Assembly: GCA_050273025.1 (NCBI GenBank)
Contig: CP158635.1
Location: forward strand, 9,424,001 to 9,488,000
Direction: 5' to 3'
Source of the DNA: Cenococcum geophilum
Lineage: Eukaryota
Length of the DNA stretch: 64,000 nucleotides
The position numbers and the translations under genes were made by a program. Below, piece by piece: positions 24,143 to 35,320 of this stretch (the stretch's first letter is position 1; every line of letters begins with the position of its first letter). Below the pieces are notes generated by a model. It did no database searches, was not told the DNA's origin, and saw only the letters and a program-made list of their open reading frames with translations.

Positions 24143-25787
24143 ATAAGAATAAGCGAATACTATACTATAAAGTAAAAAGACCTTTATTAAAAAGGCATCT
24201 AATAAAATATAAAGCCTATTAGATATATTTAGTATCTAAAATTATAGGGAAGTAATTATTAGCTATAATAAACTAATATAGCTAATAGAATAGCTCCGCT
24301 AGTTTAGTAAATCTTAGGCGCCTCTTTAATAAACTCTTAATTAAATCCTCTAATAGCTAAATAAAATTATAAATAAATAAAAACCCTTTTTATAGGCAAA
24401 CTATACCTAAGCCGCTATAGCTGCGCTTCTATAGTATAGGGAACCTACCCCCCTTAAGATATTAACTAGGTATATAATTATAATATAACTAAATATAGAA
24501 AAGGTAGAGGGATTTAGGGGATAATTAGAAATAAAAGTCCTTATAGAGATTTATAAAGAGGTATATAACACTATTATAGTCTAATACCTTAGGAGCGGAG
24601 ATATTAAAGGTACCCTAAAGAATTAATAGGTAAAGAAATAAGTTATAAAGGTAGGGGATAGGCTAAGAGAATATATTAATATAAAAGTACTCTATAAAAA
24701 TTACTTAGTTAAAGTCCTAGTAGTTTTTATAAGCCTTAGGGTAAAAATAGGACACTAGGTGGATAATATAGTAATTATATAAAGATAGTAAGATAAATAG
24801 AACGCCTTATATTAGGACTTAAAATTACCTAAATTTAATAGCTTTAATAGAAAAATATAGACTAAGTATATAATAAGAACAATAAGAGGATATAAGGGTC
24901 GCTAAAGACTTACTAAGAAGACGCTAAATATATGCATAGCTTCCTTATCGTTAGCGCATTTATACTAAAAATATAAAAACTCTTTATCTAAAAAGGAATA
25001 ATTATAAATAGCCTTATATATAATATAAGGCTCTATAATTATAAACTACGCCTAAAATAATACTATTAATATATATAATAGGGATATACCTAATCTATAT
25101 ACGTAGTATAAATATACTGCGGCTATTATGCAGGCCCCTATAATATAAGATACTATATAAATTAAGACTAAATAAAATATATAAACTATTACTAAAGTAT
25201 ATATAAAGCATAAGAGAGAGAAGACTGTATTAAATATAGGAGATAAAAGGTAAGGGCTTAATAGCTATAGGAATAACTATACGCTAGGTTATATAAATAG
25301 AAATAATAGGTAATAAGCTAGGGGGACATAGGTACCTTTCTATTATTTCCTACTTTTAATACTAGGGCGCTAAGCTAGCTATCCTAAGCCTTAATAGGCT
25401 AGAAGCGACGCTATATAATATTATTAGACTAAGTAGGGATATAAGGGCTATATAGAATATAAGGGAGAGAACGCCCTATAGAAAGACCCTTATAGCTAGC
25501 TATAGTAAGCTTAAGGCTAGGTTAATTAAAAATTAGACTTAACGTGGTAAATTTAATATACGTAGCTAGCCTATAAGGGGTATATAGCTAACTAGTAAAA
25601 ATAGGGAAAGAGTTTAAAATAATATTAGACTTAGATATAAAAGGGCTAATAAGAATACAAAATATAGAAATAGAAAGCTCTATATAAATAAGTAGTAGCT
25701 AGGGAGCAAATATAGGAGATAGAAGTTTTAAATATTTAAGAGAAAGTAAAAATAGAAGAAGTAAAGAAAGAAAAAAAAGGCAAAGGA

Positions 25788-26010
25788 CCCTTCGTCAGGA
25801 AAAAATTTACCAGCATTTTTGCAGCATTTGGCAGCATATTGCGGCCAAATGCGCATTTCGCGCATTGTAACGTGTAGCGTATGGTATCAACTTAGGTGCG
25901 GCATACTGCCGCATTTAACAACGCGGTGCAGCTAATTACGCATTTACAGGTACCCGGGTAAATAGCACTTAATGCGCAATTAATATATAATGCACTTTTT
26001 ACGCATTTTA
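25788..26010 (+). repeat. Putative left end of a CCC-terminal DNA transposon with dispersed GCATTT/AATGCG subterminal motifs
   Basis: Begins CCCTTCG like the MITE at 29102, and has many GCATT(T) motifs in both orientations. No matching right end in the window. Confidence 0.4.
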
Positions 26011-26177
26011 TATATCTTACTTATTTTAAGCAATAAATAATCGTTGCTCTTTCTGTGCAGTTAGTAGTATTTATCTATTCCACGTAATTAGTATACTTTA
26101 TTTAAAGGCTATTTATAAGGCTAGCAAAATAAATTATATTATTTTAGATAATTTAATACAATATAGCGACGGTTCTC

Positions 26178-26430
26178 TTCTACCTGCCTACCTATTAACC
26201 TACTTGCCTGCCTACCTACCTGCCTGCCTACCTGCCTATCTATCTATCTATCTGTCTATCTATGCCTACCTATACCTACTTATCTATACCTGCTGCCTAT
26301 GCCTACTGTTTATCCCTACTATCTATGCCTACTGTCTATTCCTACTGTCTATGCCTACCTGTCTATACCTACTGTCTGTGCCTGCCGTCTGTGCCTCCTG
26401 TCTATGCTACTGTCTATACCTACCTGTCTG
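26178..26430. repeat. Degenerate compound microsatellite (CCTG/CCTA/TCTA/CTGTCTATGCCTA)
   Basis: Seen directly. Confidence 0.9.
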
Positions 26431-26863
26431 TAATTTGGGGGAAAGGTTGGCTTGATTGAAGGCTCCGCCTAATTTAATTGATCGATTAATTGTATTGATT
26501 TGAACCGTTCTCTACGGCCGTTCGCTGGCTGTACATTCGAACGGTGGTCGTCTGGGGTGCCTCCCTAGGAGGCCTTGATTCGATTCGGCGACGAGCCGAT
26601 ATCAAAGCTCTGGTTCAATTCGATCGATCAATTGATTGAATCGTTCGTGGCGTTCGCTGGACGGTCGTTCGAACGGTGGCCGTCTGGTTCTGGCGACGGT
26701 CGTTTGGTTCTAGCGACAGTCCTCTACTGGCTGCCGTTCTAGTGCCTTCCTAGGTAGGGAGGATGTAAGGAAGGAAGGATGGGTAAAAAATAAGGTGGCT
26801 ATATAAGGGGTATACTTAGCAGAGGCATGTGTAGAGGCTATCGGGAATATAGCGGGGACCCGA

Positions 26864-27139
26864 TGCAAAGCCTCCGTACGCAGGGCTTCGTGTAAAACTT
26901 CGTGCAGAGCTTCGTGCAGAACTTCGTACGGAGGCTCTACACGAAGCTTTACACGAAGCTCTGCGTACGGAGGCTCCGCACGAAGTTCTGCATAACGTTC
27001 TGCACGACGTTCTGCACGAAGCTCTGCACGAAGCTTTACACGAAGCTCTGCACGAAGCTCTGCACGAAGCTCTGCACGAAGCTCTGCACGAAGCTCTACG
27101 TACAGAGGCTCTACACAAAGCTCTGCGCGAAGCTCTGCG
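26864..27139. repeat. 12-bp minisatellite (ACGAAGCTCTGC) whose left portion is inverted
   Basis: Forward units at 26928-27139; reverse-complement units at 26864-26927. Confidence 0.9.
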
Positions 27140-27141
27140 TA

Positions 27142-27488
27142 ACGTAGGTGATAGGGTTATGACGGCGATAGGGTTATGACGGCGATAGGGTTATGACGGT
27201 CGAACCACCGCCTTCCTATTTGGGTTTAACGCCTTCCTAATGTAGTATATTGCCAGTTCGAAAATCAAAATAGTAGCAATATCGTATTTTGAATGCTTAA
27301 AACCAAATTAAAAAATCTTTTACCAACACCACAATGCCCCGCTGGCCCCTGCAACCTAGCAGAGAAAAGAAAATACAAAGCGCTATTAATGCCTGGCATT
27401 CTGGGCTCTATAAAAGCCAGGAGACTTGCGCAAAGGCCCATAGGGTAGATCCACAGACATTTCAACGCCGTCTTAATGGAAGGCAACA
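27142..27488 (+). mobile_element. pogo/Fot1-family DNA transposon, left end and transposase N-terminus (HTH) from ATG 27334
   Basis: TA + ACGT terminus; three 17-bp subterminal direct repeats GATAGGGTTATGACGGC (27150-27199); MPRWP...AKAHRVDPQTFQRRLNGR. Broken at 27488 by copia B2. Confidence 0.88.
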
Positions 27489-27950
27489 TGTAACCGACTA
27501 CCGGTACTATGCTGAGACATACGACTGCAGCCTGGAAGGCTCCATAGCACTACCCTCGTATATCTCGCATACCTCGTATATGGCTCAAATGAGTCAAAGA
27601 TCAAGTCACAGACCCTACTGTCAGGGCTCTACTTTTGTGTATATATTTCACCTGATTTCCATAGATTTATAATTAAGTCATTTACTTAATTCTCCCACAC
27701 TGCAAAGCTTACAGTTATGAGCCCGGATCGCACTACATGCTAAGCAATCAATCTATTACCTTATTTAAGAAGTTACTACTTCTATTACCTTTGTAAGCTT
27801 CTTTACCTATCAAACAAACGGACGATTAACCCCAGTTGATAACCGTACGACCGACCGATAAATGAACGGACGAATTAAATCAAGAGTTCGGAACGTCAAA
27901 ATAAGGTTTTCGCCAAGCCACCAATTAGACCCTACCTAACCCCATAAATT

Positions 27951-28756
27951 TTATTTTTTATTTTTTATTTTTTATATCCATTGTATTATACTACGTACAA
28001 TACTGCGCATGCAGCCTTAGGCTATGGCGCTATAGTTCTATATACATAAATCCTTTCTAGGCAGCTTAATATGTACTAGTAGCTATGTCCTAGTAGTTTA
28101 TAAACCCCTAAATTAGGAGTTTATAGTTTCCTAGTAAAATACTAAGATACTACAACTACTAGGGAATGAGAAAATGGTAAGAAAAACTGTAAGAAATCCT
28201 AACCCCTGTCCCTGTCCTTTTGCAATTTATTTCTGTCCTTTTACTCTCTACTATCTTTTACCTAAAAGCCTAGTAGGAGTACCCCCTTCTAGACTCCTAT
28301 TAATTTTATTCTTCCATAGAATCTTCTACGCTAGTACTATGTACTAGTTTAGCTGCTCTAAGATTCTCGCAGTCTTTACTATTAGCAAAGTGTTTTTCTT
28401 TACAATTAATGCAAAGAGGGGTGGTATGCTTGCAAGGCCTGCCGCTTATTAAGCAGGTAGGACAGCAGTGGTCTTTAGATAGATGTGCAGCCGCATAATA
28501 TCTATAGGCCCTATTAGAGCATCTGTCTCCTATATGGCCAAATTTTTGGCAGCTATTACACTGCGTAGTAGGAGAGACTTTGAGGTATTTTACTACCTTA
28601 GTAGCTGTACCTGCGATTGATATCTCTTTTTGCTTAAGGATTTCTTGTCTTTTTTCTTCGTTCTCTATAGTAAAAACTATAGAGCCAAATCTAGTCTGTG
28701 GATCGTGTCTTTTTACACTAGATAAGATCCATCTAGGTAGTCCTTATATCCTTACT
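27951..28756 (-). mobile_element. 5'-truncated, polyadenylated LINE-ORF1-only retroposon
   Basis: T-rich tail at ~27948-27973; TSD ATAAATT (27944-27950, 28757-28763). The minus strand encodes QCNSCQKFGHIGDRC...CRYCAAAHLSKDHCCPTC...PCKH...CINCKEKHFANSKDC (~28570-28365). Confidence 0.82.
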
Positions 28757-29101
28757 ATAAATTCTAAAAATGACGACTACTAATAAATTAAAAGTTATCC
28801 TTATCCTTAACCAGCCATCTAATTGGATTTAATGGTTCTTTATTATCTAAGACATAGCTATAACTAATAAGGTATAGAAGTATATTAACCTATCTATAAA
28901 AGACGAGCTTCTAAAGCTAGAACTACCGCATCGACCTATATTAGCGGACGTACTTCCTAATACTATATTAATAGCTTAACTGGGCCGGGTTAGGCTCGCT
29001 GCCTATAGCTAGCTCTATGCCGAATATAAGGACGATCTACATATACATAAGAAGAAAAAACAGGCTATAAATAATATTAGCAATTATATTATTCGTACTA
29101 T

Positions 29102-29240
29102 CCCTTCGAACGGTGGCGTCCATTTTTAAGTTGGTCCGTACGGGAACACTAAAATCCCTAAGTACAAACGATTTAATTTAGTTAATTTAATTGGCTATTT
29201 CTTATCAATAACAGATAGACGCAAACCACCGTACGAAGGG
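29102..29240. mobile_element. MITE with CCC...GGG termini, 139 bp (EnSpm/CMC-like)
   Basis: TIR CCCTTCGAACGGTGG / CCACCGTACGAAGGG. Removing it with a 2-bp AT TSD restores the host copia spacing seen in B1. Confidence 0.8.
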
Positions 29241-29334
29241 ATATAAGTAGCCTACCTTTTACTTATTAACGGCCTTAATACAATATACGAACGGCTTTAA
29301 GCATTAAAGACTATACTTGCCCCTACCTCCTTAG

Positions 29335-32300
29335 TGTCACAGGACACCCCCGTGATACCTTGCACACGTTTACCTATTTCCACCGACTTAGCAATTAGAG
29401 ACCAACTGCAAAATGGCAATCTAATGGCAATCCAACGGCAATCTACGGCATTCTGCTATATTCTGCCAAGTTCTACCAAATTCTGCCAAGTTCCACCAAA
29501 TTCTGCCAAGTTCTGCCAGGACCACGACCTGAACCCTATTTTGCCCCATATACGTGTCGACCAAGCAACCAAGTTAACGATATATACCCTTTCTTCCCAA
29601 TCTCCTACCTTCTCTCCTTACGCAATATCTTAACCTTATTACACAGTTTATATATATAGCTTAATAATATCTACTTCGTTATATATTATTACCACTTATG
29701 CTTACTCCGTGATACTATGTTGCGTCAACCACTTACACTACTACCCGAAATGGAAAACGCACCTGAAGCCCCCGTAACGGCCGCCGATATTATATCCATC
29801 CTCTAAGAACAAATAGCAAGTATGCAGAAGTCCTTCGTAGAGGCCCTTAAATAACAACAAGTTACCCTAACTTAATAATAAGCCGAACAAGAAGTACGGT
29901 ATTAGAAAACAATGGAAGCCCTCTAAGAAGAAGTCCGCACCCTTAAGACGCCCACGCTAAGCCCCTAAGATCGATTGCTATTACCAGAAACTAATACGCG
30001 GAATGCGAGCCCTAAACTAGCAATAGTTATCCCACCAGTAGAACTGACTACTGTGTCACAATAATCTGAAAAACTACCAGACCCTCTAGTATTTACTAGC
30101 AAACAATAAAAACTTTAGTTATTTTTAAGCCGACTTAAGAATAAGCTAACTGGTAATGCTAACTATTACCTAACTAAAGCTAATTGACTCTACTACGCCC
30201 TAAGTTAACTAGGAGGAGACGCAGCTGACCTTATTAAACCTCTTTAGCCGAACTTAGTACAAAGCCTAGTCGTACTTCTTAAAGCTATATACGGTAACCC
30301 AAACCGCCAAGCTACCGCTTAAAGGAAGATAAACCATATAACTTAAGAAAAGAAAAGTTTCCTAGTATACTTCTTTGAATTTAATTGTTATACAAAGGAA
30401 ACAGGCTGGAATAACTCCGCACTAATTAATAGCCTTATTAAATCTCTAAGCCCTAAACTAAAAACCTCCCTAATTGGTATAGACCTACTGGGAGCCCTTA
30501 ACACCTGCGCAAACGTTATTAATAAACGGTACAATGATATACTATACCTGATACCAAAGCCCACTCCTTAATATAATATAACAACCCCGCGAACGTCTAC
30601 TAAGTCATTATCCCAACCTAAGCACCCTGACGCCATAGATATTGACACTAGGACCCTAGGATACGCCCCACTAGGGTCCTCTAAATAAGAACAACGCACC
30701 AAGCTAGACCTCTGCTTTAAATATAGAAGTAGCTCCTACCTCTCTAATAACTGCTCCGCCCCCTTCCAAAAAGATCTATAAACAGTCAACGCTAGCAACT
30801 ATTTACCGCACTAATCTTCTAGCCACTGACCCTAATCTTTATCTAGCTCCAACTCCGCGTCTAGTAAGCACTATTTACAAGGACAAAGCTATAGCTGACG
30901 TCCTATAAGAACCCTACCCCAATTACCTCCAAAAGGAAGGTCCTAGAGCTAAGTCGCTTTTTAGGACGACTCTGCCATAGGATCTTATTAAACGCATTTA
31001 AAGTTATAAACTCCGACTCTTAGGACCGTAGCATAACTATTAACTGCCGTCTTTAGCAGAATAGTTAATAGGCTAATACTTAAATCCTAATTAATACAGG
31101 AGCTAGCGGCATAGGATTTATTAACAAGATCTTTGCGTAAGATAATGGTTTTACCCTAACCCCCCTCGACCGGCATATTAATGTATTTGGATTTAATGGC
31201 AAATGTACTGTCTTAGGCCGTATTACCTATATAGTATTCCTAAGACTCCAATACCTAAACCATAAAGAATTAATTAAACTTTTTATTACCACCTTAGGTC
31301 ACTTAGTAATCCTTAGACAACCCTAGATGAAGCTATATAAGGTAACTATTAATTAGGACAACCTTAAGCTTCTATTTACCGCCTCCCGTTACAAGCAGAA
31401 GTGCCTTATAACTCACTACTTAGACCCAGAACTAAAATCTAAAAAATTCACCAGAATCCACTAGTTTAAAATTTCCACGACTATCTACCCCACGCCTAAA
31501 AAATCTACCAGATTCCACTAACCCAGGAATTTCACCAAATTCCACCGACGTAAGATTTCTACCGATATTTATTAAGGATCTAAAAATTCCACTAAACCCC
31601 ACAAATAGACCCTAAGTACTACACCGCCCTAAGCTAAGTAGAAGCTTAAGCTTAATACACGAAAATACCAGAAGGACTGGTATTCTACTATAAAAAGGAT
31701 TCTTAAAGAACCCGAACCTAAATCTAATACTAACTCTGTACCCAATACCGAACCTAAACCTAAGTAAGAAACTACAAGTAATCCGAGCAAGCTCGGCACC
31801 CTAAATATCCGCATAATTGGAGCTACCCCGTTAGCGCAACTTGCTAAGAAACCCGAGCATATAATCTTCGCTGTTACGATAGCCGATATTAAGAAGGCCT
31901 TAGCACTAAAGAAGTATACTAACCCTGCTATAAAGGTACCAATAGAGTATTATTACCGCCTAGGTGCGTTCTTATAAAAGGAAGCTAATAAGCTACTAGA
32001 ACACCGACTATACAACTATAAGATTATACTTAAAGAAGGAAAGCAGCCTGGATTTAGACCCTTATACAGAATGTCTTAAAATGAACTTTAAGTGCTATAA
32101 AAGTATTTAGACAAGAACCTAAGCAAAGGATTTATTAGAGCAAGCTCGTCGCCTATAGCCGCACTAGTGATCTTCATTAAGAAACCTAGCGGCGGTCTAT
32201 ACTTCTATATAGACTACTAAGCTCTTAACGCCATTACCGTCAAGAACTAATATCCAATCCCGTTAATATAAGAGACGCTAAACCAACTAAGTAAGGCTCG

Positions 32301-35300
32301 TTACTACACGAAGCTTAATATTATCTCTACATTTAACCGTCTCCGTATTGCAAAAGGGGATAAATAGCTTACTGCATTTCGTACCTAATATAGATTATTT
32401 AAATACTTAGTAATACCCTTTAGCCTCGCAAACGCTCCAAGCTTGTTTTAACATTATATAAATAATACCCTGCGCCCCTACCTAGACATCTTCTATACTG
32501 CTTATATTAACGACATCCTGATATATAGTAATAACCTAACCAAATATTAGAAATACGTTAACCTTATCCTATAAGCCCTGCACGGAGCTAGTCTATAATT
32601 AGATGTAGATAAATATAAGTTCTATAAAACGGAAGTCCTATACCTTAAACTCCTTATTTCTATAAACGGTATATAAATGGACCTAAAGAAAGTTAAAGTA
32701 ATTATAAACTAGCAAGAACCCGAGAACGTTAAGGACGTAAGAGCCTTTATAGGATTTGCTAATTTCTACCAATAGTTTATTAATAACTTCTCCACCCTAG
32801 TTTTACCCCTTATAGCCTTAACCCAAAAGGATAAAGTCTTTATCTTTAATAAGGAATGTAAGAAGACCTTTACCTATCTAAAGGTTATGTTTACTACTAC
32901 GCCTGTACTCTAACACTTTAACCTAAACTAAATAAGTGTTATAGAAGCCGACTTATCTAACTACGTTACTAGAGGCATCCTGTCTTAATATAACGAGGAT
33001 GGAGTATTACACCCCGTAGTATACTTCTTAAAATGACTAAGCCTAGCTAAATACAACTACGAGATCTACGATAAGGAATTGTTAGCTATTATTAGATATT
33101 TTAAATAATGGCGACCTAAACTAGAAGGCGCTAAATTTCCAATTAAGGTCCTTAGCGACTATAAAAACCTACAGTACTTTACGACCACAAAACAGCTAAG
33201 TTATTATTAGGCCCGCTAGTTAGAATATCTGTCTCGTTTCTAATTCTTAATTATATACTGCCTAGGCGTCTAAGGTTAGAAGCCTAATACCCTAACCTAA
33301 CGCTCGCAAGACGCGCCAGCCCTAGAAGAAGTGCGCTCTTACCAAAATTAGACCCTACTTCGCCCTAAACTATTTAACCCTCCTACTAAAGATCTTATGG
33401 TACTTGTCCTTAAAATAACTAATTAATTAATTAAATAGATTATAGTTAACAAATACCCAAATAACGAGTTTATCTAAGAGACGCTTAAGTTAATACAAGA
33501 TAGCATCAGACGCTTTAAAAAGATTTCTCTAAGTAAATATAAAGCCCGTGGAAACCGCTTATATTACTAAAACCGTCTAGTTATCCCTAATTATAATAAG
33601 CTTAAGCTTAAACTCCTTAAACACATATATAATCTACCTGTCGCCGGCCACCCGGGCCAAAGAAAGACCCTAGAACTACTCTAATAGGAGTATTATTAGC
33701 CGAACATGCATAATATAACACAAAGGTACGTCTTTAGCTGCTATATCTATCGACGAGCTAAAGCTTCGCATAAGACGTATAATGGCCTTTTAAAGCCACT
33801 GCCTGTTCCAGACCGAAGATAAAAGAATATCTTAATTAACTTTGTTATTAATCTCCCCGTAAGTAAAGGCTGCATAAATATTATAGTAGTTGTAGACCAA
33901 CTGTCCAAAATAAGATACTTAATCGCGTGCCCTAATATATTAACACCTGCCGTTGCCTAACTATTCCTAAATCATATATAGAAACTCTATAGACTCCCTA
34001 AAACAATTATCTCTAATAGAGGTAGCCAGTTTATCTCTGTATTCTAGGAAGAACTAACTATCTAACTCCGCATTAAAGCACTATTATCTACGGTATACTA
34101 CCTAAAAACGGATAATTAAATGGAATGTGTAAATGCTATAATGGAACAGTATATCCGGATATATACATTATACTTATAAGATAACTAGATTAACTGGCTT
34201 GTATTCGCTAAGTTTACAGTAAATAATTCCGTCTTAGAAACTATAAAGGTCTCCCCGTTCCTGGCTAACTACGGCTAGTATCCACAAATGGGCTTTAAAC
34301 CCTTTAGTAACGTTCCTTGTTCCGCTTACTAAGCCTTATAAGTCGCAGAAGCAAACAAATTTATAGAAAAGATAGAGGAACTACAATAGTTCCTTACTAA
34401 CAAAATAATATGGGCCCAATCTGTCTATAAAGCTGTAGCGAATAAGAAATAAACCCCAGCACCGGCCTACTAAGTTAGTGACTTTATCTGGCTAGATATA
34501 AGAAATCTAAACACAAAATAACCTGCTAAGAAACTTAATTGGAAGAACGCTGGTCCTTATAAGGTTAAGAAGGTCGTCTCCTCTTACTCCTACCGATTGA
34601 AGCTCCCTAATACAGTTAAAATCCACCCCGTATTCTATACGTTAGTCCTTTATCCTACTGCCCCCATATTAGACGCCCTGCCTGGATAGATATAGGACCC
34701 TCCCCTACTAGTCAAAGTGGATGGTGAGAACGAGTACTTTATTAAAAGAATTAATAATATTAAGTACGACAAACGGAAACGCTAATATATATATCTTATA
34801 AAATGGAGAGGCTTTACCGAGTCCTTATAGGAACCTATTAACTCTATAGGACTTATATAAGCTATAGAAGACTTTCACGAACTCTACCTAGAACTACTAT
34901 AGCCCTATCTCGTAAAAGCTTGAGTTTAAAGGGGGGGTACTGTTACGGGACACCCCCGTGACACCTTATATATATCTACCTGTTTTTACCAACTTAGCAA
35001 TTAGAGACCAACTATAAAATGGCAATCTAACGGCAATTTAACGGCAATCTACGGCATTCTACTATATTCTGCCAAGTTCCACCAAATTCTGCTAAGTTCT
35101 ACTAAATTCTGCCAAGTTCTGCCAGGACTACGACCTGAACCCTATTCTGCCCCATATATATATTAACTAAGCAACTAAGTCAACGATATATGCCCTTTCT
35201 TCCTGATTTCCTACCTTCTCTCCTTACGTAACGTCTTGACCTTATCACACAGTTTATGTACATAGCTTAATAATATCTACTTCGTTATATATTATCACCA

Positions 35301-35320
35301 CTTATGCTCACTCTGTGACA
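29335..35320 (+). mobile_element. Full-length Ty3/gypsy chromovirus C2, RIP-inactivated
   Basis: 380-bp LTRs at 29335-29714 and 34941-35320; TSD CTTAG; PPT AAAGGGGGGG. RT YIDDIL (~32503); chromodomain EYFVERI...YLVKWRGF...WEP (~34732-34836). Confidence 0.95.

Larger units (their letters stand above)
17629..25780 (+). mobile_element. Heavily RIPed LINE-ORF1/gag-like element, host of C1 and a solo LTR (pieces ~17629-18098, 23962-23979, 24143-25780)
   Basis: De-RIPed LRSGDI (~24589) and triple knuckle CYQCMQWGHTQSVC...CGHCAGPHDTRYC...CVNCHQSTHEAWEREDC (~25061-25230). A-rich 3' end at ~25740-25780; no ORF2 seen. The 5' boundary is uncertain. Confidence 0.6.

Noticed and set aside
26204..27147. 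Cys-rich repetitive ORFs (RASC, TKLC, PAYL)
   Set aside because: Translations of micro- and minisatellites that are open in several frames; no evidence of coding.
27150..27199. Short direct repeats as a CRISPR array
   Set aside because: Contiguous 17-bp units without spacers, in eukaryotic DNA; they are pogo subterminal repeats.
27334..27672. 112-aa ORF as a novel gene
   Set aside because: The pogo N-terminus reading through into the copia LTR; no evidence of function.
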